The notes below the pieces were generated by a model. The model was not told where the DNA came from and made no database searches. It worked only from the letters and a program-made list of their open reading frames with translations. A DNA stretch of 61,466 bases from Opitutaceae bacterium (GTDB taxonomy: Bacteria > Verrucomicrobiota > Verrucomicrobiia > Opitutales > Coraliomargaritaceae): assembly GCA_051252375.1 (NCBI GenBank), contig JBPOFY010000014.1, positions 1 to 61,466 on the forward strand, in the 5' to 3' direction. The stretch's first letter is position 1; every line of letters starts with the position of its first letter. This document shows positions 10,746 to 21,047 of the stretch, one piece after another. The translations under genes were made by a program, and so were the position numbers.

Positions 10746-11426
10746 ATGGATACCATTCCAAATATCCCCGAAGCACACTACCCTGCCCTCGTCATCGACG
10801 GGAGCGGAAGCGAAGTGTATGCCGGTATCCTCGGAGCCGACGGACAATGGTTGGCGCAATCCAGTCAAACCGGTGCGCCTTTGGAAATGCTCTTTCCTAC
10901 GGTTGAAGCCACACTTAAAGACGCCGGGCTCAGCCTGACAGATCTACGCAGCTATATTTATTGCGAAGGCCCCGGCTCTGTCCTCGGGCTACGCCTCTGC
11001 GCCATGGCGATCGAAACATGGAGCCGTCTCAATCCGCAATCAGCGCATTGCTACGCCTACAACACGCTACAGCTCTGCGCCACACTCCTACTTAAAGACG
11101 AAACACTTCCCCAGCGCACACTCCTCGTTTCTGATTGGAAAAAAGGTGCGTGGAACGCCGTCATCCTCACCGATGGCGAGATCGGCGAGACCAGCGTAGC
11201 TGACGACACCACCATCGCCGAATGGGAAGGCGCAGTCTATCACCTCCCCCAGCGTAAAGGCTGGCAGAAGCCCCCCGCCAATGCCATCAGCCTCAGCCAT
11301 ACACCCGGTCGATTAAACGAACTGCTTCAATCACATAATTTCCTCCGCCCAACAAAAGGCGTCGAGCTCTACGCCTCCGGCGTCAACACCTTCGCCAAAT
11401 GGACCCCCGACCGCCACCGCGCGTAA
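10746..11426 (+). CDS. tsaB: TsaB-like tRNA threonylcarbamoyladenosine biosynthesis protein (divergent)
   Basis: LVIDGS...[11 protein letters not shown] resembles the TsaB GPGSFTGLR motif. Confidence 0.65.
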   Translation: MDTIPNIPEAHYPALVIDGSGSEVYAGILGADGQWLAQSSQTGAPLEMLFPTVEATLKDAGLSLTDLRSYIYCEGPGSVLGLRLCAMAIETWSRLNPQSAHCYAYNTLQLCATLLLKDETLPQRTLLVSDWKKGAWNAVILTDGEIGETSVADDTTIAEWEGAVYHLPQRKGWQKPPANAISLSHTPGRLNELLQSHNFLRPTKGVELYASGVNTFAKWTPDRHRA

Positions 11427-11503
11427 CCTCCCGACCTCCAAACCTCCCAACTTCCCAACCTCCCAACCTCCCAACCTCCCAACCTCCCAACCTCCCAACC
11501 TCC
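11427..11503. repeat. Octamer tandem repeat (CCTCCCAA)n filling the whole tsaB-alr gap
   Basis: Directly visible, about 9-10 copies. Confidence 0.95.
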
Positions 11504-12631
11504 ATGCAACCTCCACACCATCGCTGCTGGGCCGAGATCGATCTCGCCGCATTTGAGCGCAACTTGAAACGTATTCAAGCCGCGCTCCCCGACGGTGTGC
11601 GCTATGTCTCGGTAGTGAAGGCGGATGCCTATGGTCACGGCATGCCACAGATCGTGCGCCGCCTCATGCAAAGTGGTGTCGATTGTTTTGCAGTGGCCAA
11701 TGTGAAAGAAGCCGCCGATATACGACACATGGGCAAAGGCTGGCCGATACTGATCCTCAGCCCACTCCTCCCCGAAGAGGACCGCTTTCTCATCGACTAC
11801 GATCTGATTGCAACGGTGAGCACACCGGAAGAAGCGACACGGCTCAATGCGCTCGGCAAAGCGCACAACACCGTGATCAAAGTGCATTTAAAAATTGATA
11901 CAGGTATGGGTCGCCTAGGCGTCTGGCACGAAGAAGCCACCACACTGCGCGCTCAAATCAACGCCGCCGTCCACCTCCACCTCGAAGGTATCTATACACA
12001 CTTTTCCAGCGCCGACAGCGACCCCGCCTTCACCCAGCTACAGCGTGAGCGCTTCCTCAAAGCACTGCCCGAGGACACCGACGATCTGATCATACACGCT
12101 GACAACTCCGCGGGGCTCGACACACTCAGCGCAGAAAGCCCCTTCAATGCCGTCCGCGTCGGTCTCCTACAATTTGGCATCCCGCCCTATCCCGATTCCG
12201 CGCTCGGTCGCGCCAAGGTAGAGCCCGTGTTCAGTTTTCACACCCGAGTCGGTTTGACTAAGACTCTGCCCGCCGGCACCGACATCAGCTACGGCCGCAC
12301 CCACCAACTTAAGCGCGACACCAAGATCGCCATTCTCACTGCAGGCTATGCCGACGGCATACCGATCGAACTCAGCAATAAAGGCTCGGTGCTCCTCCAC
12401 GGAGAACGTTGCCCCATACTCGGACGCGTCACCATGGATCAAACCATCATCGACATCACCGATACCGGAACCGTCGAACCGGGCGACCACGTCGTGCTCA
12501 TTGGGCAAAGCGATTCCGCCACAATCAGCGCATCCGAATTCAGCGAAACCGCTAGCACCATCCCATGGGAAACCCTCTGCTCCGTCACCAAGCGCGTGCC
12601 TCGCGTCTACGTCGGCTCGCGGGAAATTTAA
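11504..12631 (+). CDS. alr: Alanine racemase
   Basis: [35 protein letters not shown] 11504 follows the repeat. Confidence 0.97.
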   Translation: MQPPHHRCWAEIDLAAFERNLKRIQAALPDGVRYVSVVKADAYGHGMPQIVRRLMQSGVDCFAVANVKEAADIRHMGKGWPILILSPLLPEEDRFLIDYDLIATVSTPEEATRLNALGKAHNTVIKVHLKIDTGMGRLGVWHEEATTLRAQINAAVHLHLEGIYTHFSSADSDPAFTQLQRERFLKALPEDTDDLIIHADNSAGLDTLSAESPFNAVRVGLLQFGIPPYPDSALGRAKVEPVFSFHTRVGLTKTLPAGTDISYGRTHQLKRDTKIAILTAGYADGIPIELSNKGSVLLHGERCPILGRVTMDQTIIDITDTGTVEPGDHVVLIGQSDSATISASEFSETASTIPWETLCSVTKRVPRVYVGSREI

Positions 12632-12645
12632 GAACAACAAAAACC

Positions 12646-13395
12646 ATGCTCCGCCCCATTCAACAATACCTCGCGATCACCCTCCTCTTTCTTGCTGCAG
12701 CGATCAGCACCAACGCCGCCGAACTAGCGGACAAGAACGAGCTCTACACTGGGCCGGAATTTGCAAAGGCCTTCAATAACCCGAAGGACCATCCGGAACG
12801 CCCAAATGTCTTGCTAATTGGTGACTCCATTTCGATTGGATACACCGTCGAAGTGAGGAAACAACTACGGGGCAAAGCAGACGTGTTTCGGATCACCACG
12901 AATGGAAAGTATTCGGAGTATGGACTGGAGAACTTAGACAAATGGATCGGTAAGCGGCACTGGGATGTCATTCATTTCAACTGGGGACTCTGGGACCTCT
13001 GCTATCGGAATCCAGAGGCGAAGACTCAAGGCCACCGCGACAAAATCAACGGCACGCTCACCACCGCACCCGAACAATACCGGCAAAACATGGAGCAGAT
13101 CGTTGCCAAATTAAAAGCAACCGAAGCCACACTCATTTGGTGCGAAACCACCCCAGTTCCCGAGCACGAAGCCGGACGCATCGCAGGTGATGCGATACGC
13201 TACAATCAAATCGCCAACGAGATCATGCAGGAAAACGGCATTACGATCAACGCCCTCCATGCTCATGCTCTAAAAGGTCTCCCGGAAATTCAAAAAGGAA
13301 AAGGCGATGTTCACTTCACAGCTGCAGGCTACACCTATCTAGCCGACCAAGTCGCCAAAGTCATTTCAGCGGCACTGCCAGCAGATGGAGAATAA
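12646..13395 (+). CDS. Secreted SGNH/GDSL hydrolase
   Basis: Signal peptide, IGDSIS, FNWGLWD, DVHF. Confidence 0.9.
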   Translation: MLRPIQQYLAITLLFLAAAISTNAAELADKNELYTGPEFAKAFNNPKDHPERPNVLLIGDSISIGYTVEVRKQLRGKADVFRITTNGKYSEYGLENLDKWIGKRHWDVIHFNWGLWDLCYRNPEAKTQGHRDKINGTLTTAPEQYRQNMEQIVAKLKATEATLIWCETTPVPEHEAGRIAGDAIRYNQIANEIMQENGITINALHAHALKGLPEIQKGKGDVHFTAAGYTYLADQVAKVISAALPADGE

Positions 13396-13416
13396 GCGAA
13401 TTAGGGCAGGAAAATT

Positions 13417-13622
13417 GGTAGCGGCGATGGTCCCCATCGCCATACGTCTGAGTCGCCCAACCTGACTAGTAGCGAAACACATGGATGGCGGTCGGGACGA
13501 CCGCCCCTACCTCCGTGAGCCGATAAATTTCGGTAATATCTGGAGGGTTGCGCTCCGTCACAACCGCCGGTGGTTCGATGCACTTAGGCGTTCCTGCGGC
13601 AATGACGGAGCATTGCCCTCCA
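13417..13622. repeat. Cluster of REP palindromes: GTAG-type pair (13417-13511) and GGAG-type doublet (13541-13622)
   Basis: GGTAGCGGCGATGGtccCCATCGCC; GGCGGTCGggaCGACCGCCCCTACC; TGGAGGG...CCCTCCA, homologous to 55063-55144. Confidence 0.8.
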
Positions 13623-13643
13623 AAATTCAGCCACGCACCACAC

Positions 13644-13793
13644 CCCTTACGAAACAAATAAATGCTTGTCCAAGTTGCCGGTGCTGTCCGCGAATTTATC
13701 GGCGGGGACGTCGAGGGCGCGGAGTATGCTGACGTAGAAATTCGAGAGCGGGACGCTTTCTTTGTGCACGGTGAATTTGCTGTGATCGATCCC
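13644..13793 (-). pseudogene. Displaced duplicate of the DUF1552 gene 3' end (left direct repeat)
   Basis: 150 bp aligning without gaps to 39140-39289, 13 mismatches by manual count; includes the stop codon. Confidence 0.93.
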
Positions 13794-13993
13794 GATCGCC
13801 AGCGCAAAGGGAAGAAATATCAACGCATTTGCGAGCGCCGCCGCTGCCAAATCGACCGTGCCGACTCGACCGATCAATCGACAGATTCGTTGACGAATAT
13901 TACAGTTTCCAGTTCGTATACCTGTTGACAGGTAAGTAATGGATAAGCGTGAGGCAGGATGGACTTAGATTCGAAGGGAGCAAGCGATGCCAT
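13794..13993 (-). pseudogene. Decayed 5' fragment of a MATE efflux transporter gene
   Basis: MASLAPFESKSILPHAYPLLTCQ, frameshift, then IGRVGTVDLAAAALANALIFLPFALAIG, resembling a NorM-type N-terminus. Confidence 0.55.
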
Positions 13994-14120
13994 TACTTAG
14001 ATGAGCCATCCTAACAGAAGCAACTTACAAAACGACGAATGACTTGATATAAATGAACTATAAATCTCGGGAGCATACCTGCGACGACTCCCTCCACTCG
14101 CCCTAAAGCGAGGCACTTGC

Positions 14121-15362
14121 CTAGAATATCGTGATCTCCGGAATCACAGTGACGAACTTGGCTCCCCAGTCCATCGCGTAGGCCAGCTGAGCTGAGATTT
14201 CGTCACGCAAATTCCACGGCAGTATGAGAATGAAAGCAGGCTTCACTTCCTTCAGCCGCGCCTCATCTACGATCGGGATGTGGCTGCCTGGCATGAGGCG
14301 ACCTTGCTTGTAGAGCGAAGCATCCACCACGAACTCGACCAGATCGCTACGAACGCCGCAGTAGTTGAGCAGGGTATTGCCTTTGGCCGCTGCCCCGTAG
14401 GCCACGACCCGCTTACCAGCTTCACGCTGATCAATCAGGAAACGTAAAAGCGCGAACTTGATGGCATCCACCTTCTCCTGAAAGCCCTGATAGTAAGATA
14501 GTTCGCGCATGCCTTTGCGCTGCTCTGTCGCGAGCAGCTTCGCAACGTGGTCGTCGCACGTCTGTGGCCCGCCGGCATGTTGAGCATATACCCGCAACGA
14601 TCCGCCGTGCGTGCGCAGTTCCTCGACATCGAAAACCTCGAGTCCGTGCGCTTCCAGCACCAGCTTCACTGTGTAAAAAGAGAAATAAGAAAAGTGCTCG
14701 TGGTAAATGGTATCAAACTCCACTCGCTCCACCAGATTCATCAAGTGCGGGAACTCGATAGTGATCACCCCTGCGTCCGCCAGTAGCACTTTCATCCCAC
14801 CCACGAAATCGTTGAGGTCTGGAACGTGTGCCAACACGTTATTGGCTACCAGCAAATCCGCAGAAACCCCTACCGACTTCAGCTTCTCCGCTAGTTCCAC
14901 CCCGAAGAATTCGGTGATTGTCTCGACGTGCTTCGCTCGTGCGGCCGCAGCCACCGATTTGGATGGTTCGACGCCAAGCACCGGCACCCCGCGCTCCACG
15001 AAATACTGGAGCAGGTAACCGTCGTTCGAGGCCAACTCGACGACCTTGCTGTTTCCATCAAGGCCGAAACGCTCCGTCATCTTTTCCACGTAGGCTCGCG
15101 CATGATCCAGCCAGCTGGTCGAATAGGAGGAGAAATAAGCGTAGTCATCACTGAAGATTTCCTCGGCTTTTTTAAACTCGTCCACCTGCACCAAGAACGT
15201 GCGCTCGCTCACGTAGAGCTTGAGTGGGTAATAAACCTCGGGATCATTTAGATCCGAAGGCTTTAAGTATGAATTCGAAGGCGGACAAAAACCGAGATCT
15301 ACGAATGTGTGCGAGAGCGGCAGGCCATCAAAGCGACAATTCCTGGCTACAGTATCCGTCAT
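14121..15362 (-). CDS. NDP-sugar C-methyltransferase family protein
   Basis: VELASNDGYLL, NVLAHVPD, FDTIYHEHFSY, HGGSLR, YGAAAKGNTLL. Confidence 0.9.
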   Translation of the reverse strand: MTDTVARNCRFDGLPLSHTFVDLGFCPPSNSYLKPSDLNDPEVYYPLKLYVSERTFLVQVDEFKKAEEIFSDDYAYFSSYSTSWLDHARAYVEKMTERFGLDGNSKVVELASNDGYLLQYFVERGVPVLGVEPSKSVAAAARAKHVETITEFFGVELAEKLKSVGVSADLLVANNVLAHVPDLNDFVGGMKVLLADAGVITIEFPHLMNLVERVEFDTIYHEHFSYFSFYTVKLVLEAHGLEVFDVEELRTHGGSLRVYAQHAGGPQTCDDHVAKLLATEQRKGMRELSYYQGFQEKVDAIKFALLRFLIDQREAGKRVVAYGAAAKGNTLLNYCGVRSDLVEFVVDASLYKQGRLMPGSHIPIVDEARLKEVKPAFILILPWNLRDEISAQLAYAMDWGAKFVTVIPEITIF

Positions 15363-15592
15363 TATAATATCCTTCTTTTCTTCGATTAATTCCCGAACAG
15401 ACGCCTCAAATGCGCTGTCGCAGATTTGACAAAAATGAGCCCGCTAAGACTTAATTTCATTTGTTAGCCTTTATGCCAGAAACCCCATTTTAGTCAATGC
15501 TGAATCCGTTGGATAAACACAGAATTACGGTTAAAACCCAGAGGCTAAAAACTGGAACAAAACACAGAAGAACTGAACATTGGCGTAGCCGT

Positions 15593-18500
15593 TTAGAGGC
15601 TGGTGACATTGAGACGCATAAACATCGAAGTCGCCTCTGAGTTAGACTGAACCGCACGGACAGTCACCGTTTCAGTGCCATCGCCGTTATCCACTGGCGC
15701 GCCGACTTGAGTCACGACTTCCGCGCCACTGACCCACTCACCGCCCAATGAAGAGCTACACTCCACCCGATACGTAACACCGTCAGCGGTGTATTCATCA
15801 ACCAAAGCACCCTCACCCCCGCGTATGCGGCGGAAACTGAATTCAAGATACAGCTCCCCGTCGACCGTCGCCATTTGGAGCTTAGGTGCCTTCAAACCAG
15901 CATCCAAAACATCCAAAGGATCCGACTGAAACGCATGTTCCAGCAGGTTTACAATGCCGTCGCCATCGCTGTCCAAAGTAGCGTCTTTCAACTGTTCCGC
16001 TCCCAAGATGGCCTCACCCCCCGTGGCCTCAATTGTTAAACCTTCGCGGTAGATTAATATAGCAGCAATCACAGCATGATCCTGAATCGAACTGGTCTTA
16101 ATACTGAGACTGCCGTCCGTGACAGATACCAGAAAACTCTGGTCGTAGGCAGTATCGTGCCCGTGCAGCGAATAGATGTCGAGGTCGTCGATCCGGGTTT
16201 CACCCTCAAGTTTGACATCAAATATACGACGATTGGCTTGATTCCAATAGGGCTCGAGCATTTTGAGAACAACCAGATACTCTCCATCATCGACAGGGAA
16301 TTCGTAGTCATAAGTGCCGAAACGATAAGAACGATAGACCGTGTCGTCCTGAGTCTCATTGACCGTATCATTTGTTTTCCCTTTATTGCCCGATACGTAG
16401 TAGCGATCCGCGGAGTAGACTATACCATTGTCCGAAGTGTATGCAGAGCCGCCAGAGTTGATCGCATAGAGATAGTCCTCCAAAACCGCTTCGAAGTTCG
16501 CAGTGACTTCCACATCATCGAGCACATTATCCAACACTAGCGTGTTTTGTCCCCCAGTGAAATCTCCGACCCAACCGGTGAATCGATATCCTGCATCTGG
16601 TCGAGCGGTCACTGGAGTCGTCGACTCTCCGCTGAGAATGGTCTGGGTCGTGTCGCCTTCGATACTTCCGTTGCCCGAAACCAAAAAGCGCACATCTAGT
16701 GGCTTTTGAGCCAATAAAGACGGGTCGATCCCCACCTTGACCTCAATCGCCGAGAGTTTCGCTTTATCGGCCGAGGCAGTCAGGTTGATATCCAGCACGC
16801 CATCGCGCAAATAAACCGGAACAAGGATAGAGAAGGCGGCATTTTCGCCAACCTCTTGATAAATGTCCAAATCCTCAATGCTCATCTGCTGCTCGACGAA
16901 CACATCGAAAACCCGTTTCAGATCTGCACTCCAATAAGTCTCAGAAAATTTCAGCTCGACCGTATAATCTCCATTCGCAAGTGGTAAACGGTAACTAAAT
17001 TCCCCATAGCGTTCAGACTGGTAGAGTGCGTCATCCTCCGTCCCCTCTATCGCATTTTGCCGTGAGGCTGTTTTTCCACCAACGTAGTATTTATCAGCAG
17101 AATAGACGATGCCACTCGAACTGACGTATGCCTGGCCGGCGCAGTTAATGGCTTCCACGACCTCACCTTCGACAAATTCAGGCTCGGCTTGAATAAGTGA
17201 AAACTCTGCACGCAATGAGATTGCTGCACGGACATCGCTTAGGATAAGCGGATTCTCTTGCGACGAGAAATCACCACTCCAGCCGTCAAATACATATCCG
17301 TCCATCGCGATCGCTGTAATTGCGCTGCTCGATTCACCTTCGGCAACAAGCTGCAAGCTTTCTCCTACCAAATATCCGCCGACACTGACATCGAAGCTTA
17401 CTTCAAATTCAGGCACATAGAAATTGCCATCGTAATCCAAGTCCTCGAAGGCTCCAAAGTTATGAAAACCTGAAGGCTTTAGACGCCCCAACAAATCGTA
17501 AGAGCCTGCGACCGGGGGCACCGCAGATAAACGTGCGGCTGAATCTTCCCGCAGAATGAAACCAGAGCCCATAAAAGAAGTGCCCGCGGCCTCACCTGTA
17601 ATCGGTCCGACAAAATCTCCCGCGCTGGCTGCATAATCGGCAGCGGAGGCACCACCACCATAGATAAGGTTAGCCGATTGCACGACAGCGACCGGACGGT
17701 TCGCGCTGCCCAAGCTCGACTCATTTACAATTAAGCCACCCCAGAGCGTGTTCCCATAAATAGGGCTCGCCCCGGTAGTGTTCGAAGCATTTTTTATAAC
17801 CGTTATCGAAGACTCCTCCGTATCCCAGATCAAATTGCTCTCCACGCGGACTCCATTCGAGCCGATCGTCATACCTGTGCCATTCCAGCCACCACTATGA
17901 CGTCGCACATTACGAATAATGTTACGGGAAATTTCGACATTCGGATTTGTTCCGTCCTGAGGATAAGCCGTATTGTTAATCAGAACAGTGATCGCACCTT
18001 GCGAATAAACGGTCACATTCTCGATCAAGTTTTCGATGATCCGAATGTTGTAAACGGTGACCTTAATATCGATCGCCTCGCCCCAGTTGTTTTGATTTCC
18101 GATATTATACAGATGGTTGCCTTGAACTAAAACATCGTGAGACCGGTCATTTTTCAAGCTACCATCCCCAATGTAAATTCCCTCCGCATAGGGGTTGCCA
18201 TACCCGCTCTGACCAGAATCGTGGAGCGTATTGCCCAAGATTTGGATATTCGAACTGTTCCCGTTGACCTTTAAAAGCAATTGTCCGGCTTGTTCAATCT
18301 CGCACCCTACTACACGTATGGAATGGCAACCTTTGCTCGAGGTGTCACTGGAATAGGCGGGCCCCATCGTTAAGCCCCAGACATCGGCGCCAGATAATTT
18401 GAGGCCGTGAAACTCCAGATGCTCGCAATCCGAAAGACGAATATTTCGCCCTGCGGTCGACCCCGAGATGACCGCCCCAAGCGGCACCTCGGCTCTAAAT

Positions 18501-18754
18501 ACGATAGGCCGCCCCGAAGCTCCCTTCAATCCTACTAGGTTCATACCATTGTAACTACCATTCGCTAGTAGGATTTCGTCGCCTGGTTGCGCAGACGAAA
18601 TAGCTAATCTTAGTTCGGCATTTGTTTCTACCCGAACAACCCGCTCCGGTGTTGGAATCGTGATATTCAAGTTGTCCGAAAAGAAGTCTCCGGCTGCAAC
18701 CAATGATGTCGCAATAAGAATGAATGTGATGAATATTGTAGTGACTTTAAGCAT
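15593..18754 (-). CDS. Secreted modular protein: beta-helix domain, 2x (InlB-B-like repeat + malectin), C-terminal DSDGDG...FMRLNV domain (ORF open to 18838)
   Basis: Signal peptide; beta-helix repeats; GYVFDGWSGD/GYRFTGWVGD; AINC/SGG..LYQSERYG..RVFDV malectin motifs twice. Confidence 0.85.
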   Translation of the reverse strand: MLKVTTIFITFILIATSLVAAGDFFSDNLNITIPTPERVVRVETNAELRLAISSAQPGDEILLANGSYNGMNLVGLKGASGRPIVFRAEVPLGAVISGSTAGRNIRLSDCEHLEFHGLKLSGADVWGLTMGPAYSSDTSSKGCHSIRVVGCEIEQAGQLLLKVNGNSSNIQILGNTLHDSGQSGYGNPYAEGIYIGDGSLKNDRSHDVLVQGNHLYNIGNQNNWGEAIDIKVTVYNIRIIENLIENVTVYSQGAITVLINNTAYPQDGTNPNVEISRNIIRNVRRHSGGWNGTGMTIGSNGVRVESNLIWDTEESSITVIKNASNTTGASPIYGNTLWGGLIVNESSLGSANRPVAVVQSANLIYGGGASAADYAASAGDFVGPITGEAAGTSFMGSGFILREDSAARLSAVPPVAGSYDLLGRLKPSGFHNFGAFEDLDYDGNFYVPEFEVSFDVSVGGYLVGESLQLVAEGESSSAITAIAMDGYVFDGWSGDFSSQENPLILSDVRAAISLRAEFSLIQAEPEFVEGEVVEAINCAGQAYVSSSGIVYSADKYYVGGKTASRQNAIEGTEDDALYQSERYGEFSYRLPLANGDYTVELKFSETYWSADLKRVFDVFVEQQMSIEDLDIYQEVGENAAFSILVPVYLRDGVLDINLTASADKAKLSAIEVKVGIDPSLLAQKPLDVRFLVSGNGSIEGDTTQTILSGESTTPVTARPDAGYRFTGWVGDFTGGQNTLVLDNVLDDVEVTANFEAVLEDYLYAINSGGSAYTSDNGIVYSADRYYVSGNKGKTNDTVNETQDDTVYRSYRFGTYDYEFPVDDGEYLVVLKMLEPYWNQANRRIFDVKLEGETRIDDLDIYSLHGHDTAYDQSFLVSVTDGSLSIKTSSIQDHAVIAAILIYREGLTIEATGGEAILGAEQLKDATLDSDGDGIVNLLEHAFQSDPLDVLDAGLKAPKLQMATVDGELYLEFSFRRIRGGEGALVDEYTADGVTYRVECSSSLGGEWVSGAEVVTQVGAPVDNGDGTETVTVRAVQSNSEATSMFMRLNVTSL

Positions 18755-18982
18755 TTTGAAATCTCTCATGTGAGAGCTACAAAACGCCTCTAATCTCTTT
18801 AATAAAGCGCATTCCAGCGCTTCGCTTCTCTTTAGCATGTCCTTTACCTCAGGATAACAAGCTCTTTACACTAAATCACTGAATTAGGGTGTTAAGCCCA
18901 CCTTAAAATAGGGCGTTGATTTACTTGCCTACTTGCAACGGAGATCGCTTAAGTTACAATTATAACTAACGTATTTAGTCCT

Positions 18983-20146
18983 TTATCGAGCTGTCCGCAC
19001 GTGCTGAAAAATCTCCTGCCACATCGCTCGAATCGCCGTCTTTTGTTTGATCGCATGTGCCTGTAATAAGTCTTTTTGGGTCAGTTTCACATTCTTAATG
19101 TCTTCGATCCAACTTTCGATTCGATCAGCATTCCCGCTTATTCCAACTGCAGGATCGATGATCGACCCCGGCGTCCCGTAACTGGCACAAAGCTCTTCGT
19201 ATTTATGATTCCACGACGTCGTAAGCGATGGCACGCCTTGGCAGAGCCCGCTGACTAGACCATGAAATCGGGAGGTGACCAATCCAGTTGAGGACCCGAT
19301 GATTCCTTTCACTTCAAGCGCATCCCGCTCGCCGGTATAAGGAAGCGGCGAGTCGAAGCTCTCAGCAAATTCGCAACACAGCTGGTCATCCCCACGGCCC
19401 TCGTGATTGAGCACGAAAGTTTCCAGCCCCACATCATGCACGCGGCGCACGACCTCTCGAAGCAATGTGATGTAGTTTTCGGCCACGCTACCGGAGGTCA
19501 TGTCCAGCATCCGTGCATTCGGCACCACACATACTTTCCCCTCAAATTCGTCAACGTCCTCGGGTCTACAGCCTGAGGTCAGAGCCGTAAAGTCCGGCGC
19601 CAGCCTGATTCTTTCCTGCTGACCGACGACCGAGGTGAGCAAGTCCAGCGAAATACCGTCCCGCACATAGACTAGGTCCGCCAAGTCAACGAGCTGTGGG
19701 ATGAGGCGACGAACTTCCGGCTTCTCGAACGGACCGAATGCCTGTGGTAATATAATGATGCGTCCCCCGTTCTTTTTCACTCGAGTGTAATCACGGATCG
19801 AACGTTTCAGCGTGCCCTCACCCCACTGATCCGAGTAGCGCAAACCAGACGCATCAAAAACCCAATCGATCTCGTGTTGGGCGTATGCACCATACGAGCG
19901 CAGGAAGGACTTCGGCAGGAAGCGGGCGATAGCGGGGCCGAAATCGCGCCCACGAATCACGAGCGAAAACCTCAGGTTATAGCCATTCTTTCCAACACCA
20001 CGATAGCCAATATCAGAAGTTCGATCTGGGATGGATGTAACAACAGTTCCCATACCAAACTCTTCTTGAATCGCGTCGCCCGCAGCCCGGAGCATCAGCT
20101 CTGCACCTTTATTTGGAAAACCTATACCTGTAATTTCAAACTTCAT
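18983..20146 (-). CDS. Polysaccharide pyruvyl transferase family protein
   Basis: NKGAELM, PQAFGPF, VRDGIS, APDF, SRFHG. Confidence 0.88.
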   Translation of the reverse strand: MKFEITGIGFPNKGAELMLRAAGDAIQEEFGMGTVVTSIPDRTSDIGYRGVGKNGYNLRFSLVIRGRDFGPAIARFLPKSFLRSYGAYAQHEIDWVFDASGLRYSDQWGEGTLKRSIRDYTRVKKNGGRIIILPQAFGPFEKPEVRRLIPQLVDLADLVYVRDGISLDLLTSVVGQQERIRLAPDFTALTSGCRPEDVDEFEGKVCVVPNARMLDMTSGSVAENYITLLREVVRRVHDVGLETFVLNHEGRGDDQLCCEFAESFDSPLPYTGERDALEVKGIIGSSTGLVTSRFHGLVSGLCQGVPSLTTSWNHKYEELCASYGTPGSIIDPAVGISGNADRIESWIEDIKNVKLTQKDLLQAHAIKQKTAIRAMWQEIFQHVRTAR

Positions 20147-20227
20147 GTCAGCGAATAAAAAAAGTTTTGCCCGAACATAGCCGCCACACTACCCGCAGGA
20201 AAATTGAATATATCTGAGCGATCCACG

Positions 20228-21031
20228 TCATGGCGAATTCTTCTTAAAGATGAGTTGTAAGGCGAAAAAGAAAATATAGCGCGGATTGTGCCATGCATAA
20301 CGCCGCCATAAGCGTTTCGGCTCCATCAGAAATCGGAAGAACCATTCCAGCCCCAGCTTTTGCATCCATGCCGGCGACTGCTTCACGCGACCGCTGTGAA
20401 AATCGAATGCAGCCCCGACGCCGAGCATAGGCATATTCAGCACTCCTTTATGTGCCGCCATCCAACGTTCCTGCTTCGGGCAACCGATGCCGACGAAGAG
20501 CAATTGTGCTCCAGACTCTTGGATCTGCCGCGCGTAAGCAGCATCTTCTTCTTCAGTCAAAGACCGAAAGGGCGGCGAGATCGCGCAGGGCACTTCGATG
20601 CCCGAAAACTTCTCAGACAGCACGCGCACGAAACCCTGCAAGCTTTCCTCTGTGCCGCCATACAGGCCTATCTTGATGCCCTCTCGCACGGCAGCTTCAC
20701 AAATATGCAGCGTCAGATCGGGTCCATAAACTCGGCTAGCCTGCTTCACTCCAAGCAGGCGTAATGCCCAGACCAAGGGCACTCCATCCGGCGTAATTAA
20801 ATCCCCTTCATTGATGATTTCACGGTAAGCAGCACTGTCCCAGCCCTCCATCACCACGTGCACGTTGGTCACACAAACATAGCTTGATTTGCGTTGCTGC
20901 GCCCAATCAATCACACGACACGTGGCATCTTGATACGAAGTTGCGTCCAGCCGCTGGCCGAGCACATATCGAGTCTCCAGTTCTGGTAGCGAACTATCTG
21001 CGTTGGTTGTATCGTGTCCTATTGTATCCAT
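20228..21031 (-). CDS. WecB/TagA/CpsF family glycosyltransferase (GT26)
   Basis: PDGVPL, RVYGPDL, VGIGCPKQE, GVGAAFDF, LEWFFR. Confidence 0.93.
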   Translation of the reverse strand: MDTIGHDTTNADSSLPELETRYVLGQRLDATSYQDATCRVIDWAQQRKSSYVCVTNVHVVMEGWDSAAYREIINEGDLITPDGVPLVWALRLLGVKQASRVYGPDLTLHICEAAVREGIKIGLYGGTEESLQGFVRVLSEKFSGIEVPCAISPPFRSLTEEEDAAYARQIQESGAQLLFVGIGCPKQERWMAAHKGVLNMPMLGVGAAFDFHSGRVKQSPAWMQKLGLEWFFRFLMEPKRLWRRYAWHNPRYIFFFALQLIFKKNSP

Positions 21032-21047
21032 TGCGCTAGCGAACAAG

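Noticed and set aside
11399..11503. Pro-rich N-terminal extension of Alr (PPNLPTSQ repeats)
   Set aside because: Read-through of the octamer repeat; Alr homology starts after ATG 11504.
13647..13877. 76-aa ORF as a genuine gene
   Set aside because: Chimera of a MATE remnant and the duplicated DUF1552 tail.
20186..20197. RfaH ops-like element (GCGGGTAGTGTG on the minus strand)
   Set aside because: Two mismatches in the GGCGGTAG core and far from the operon start.
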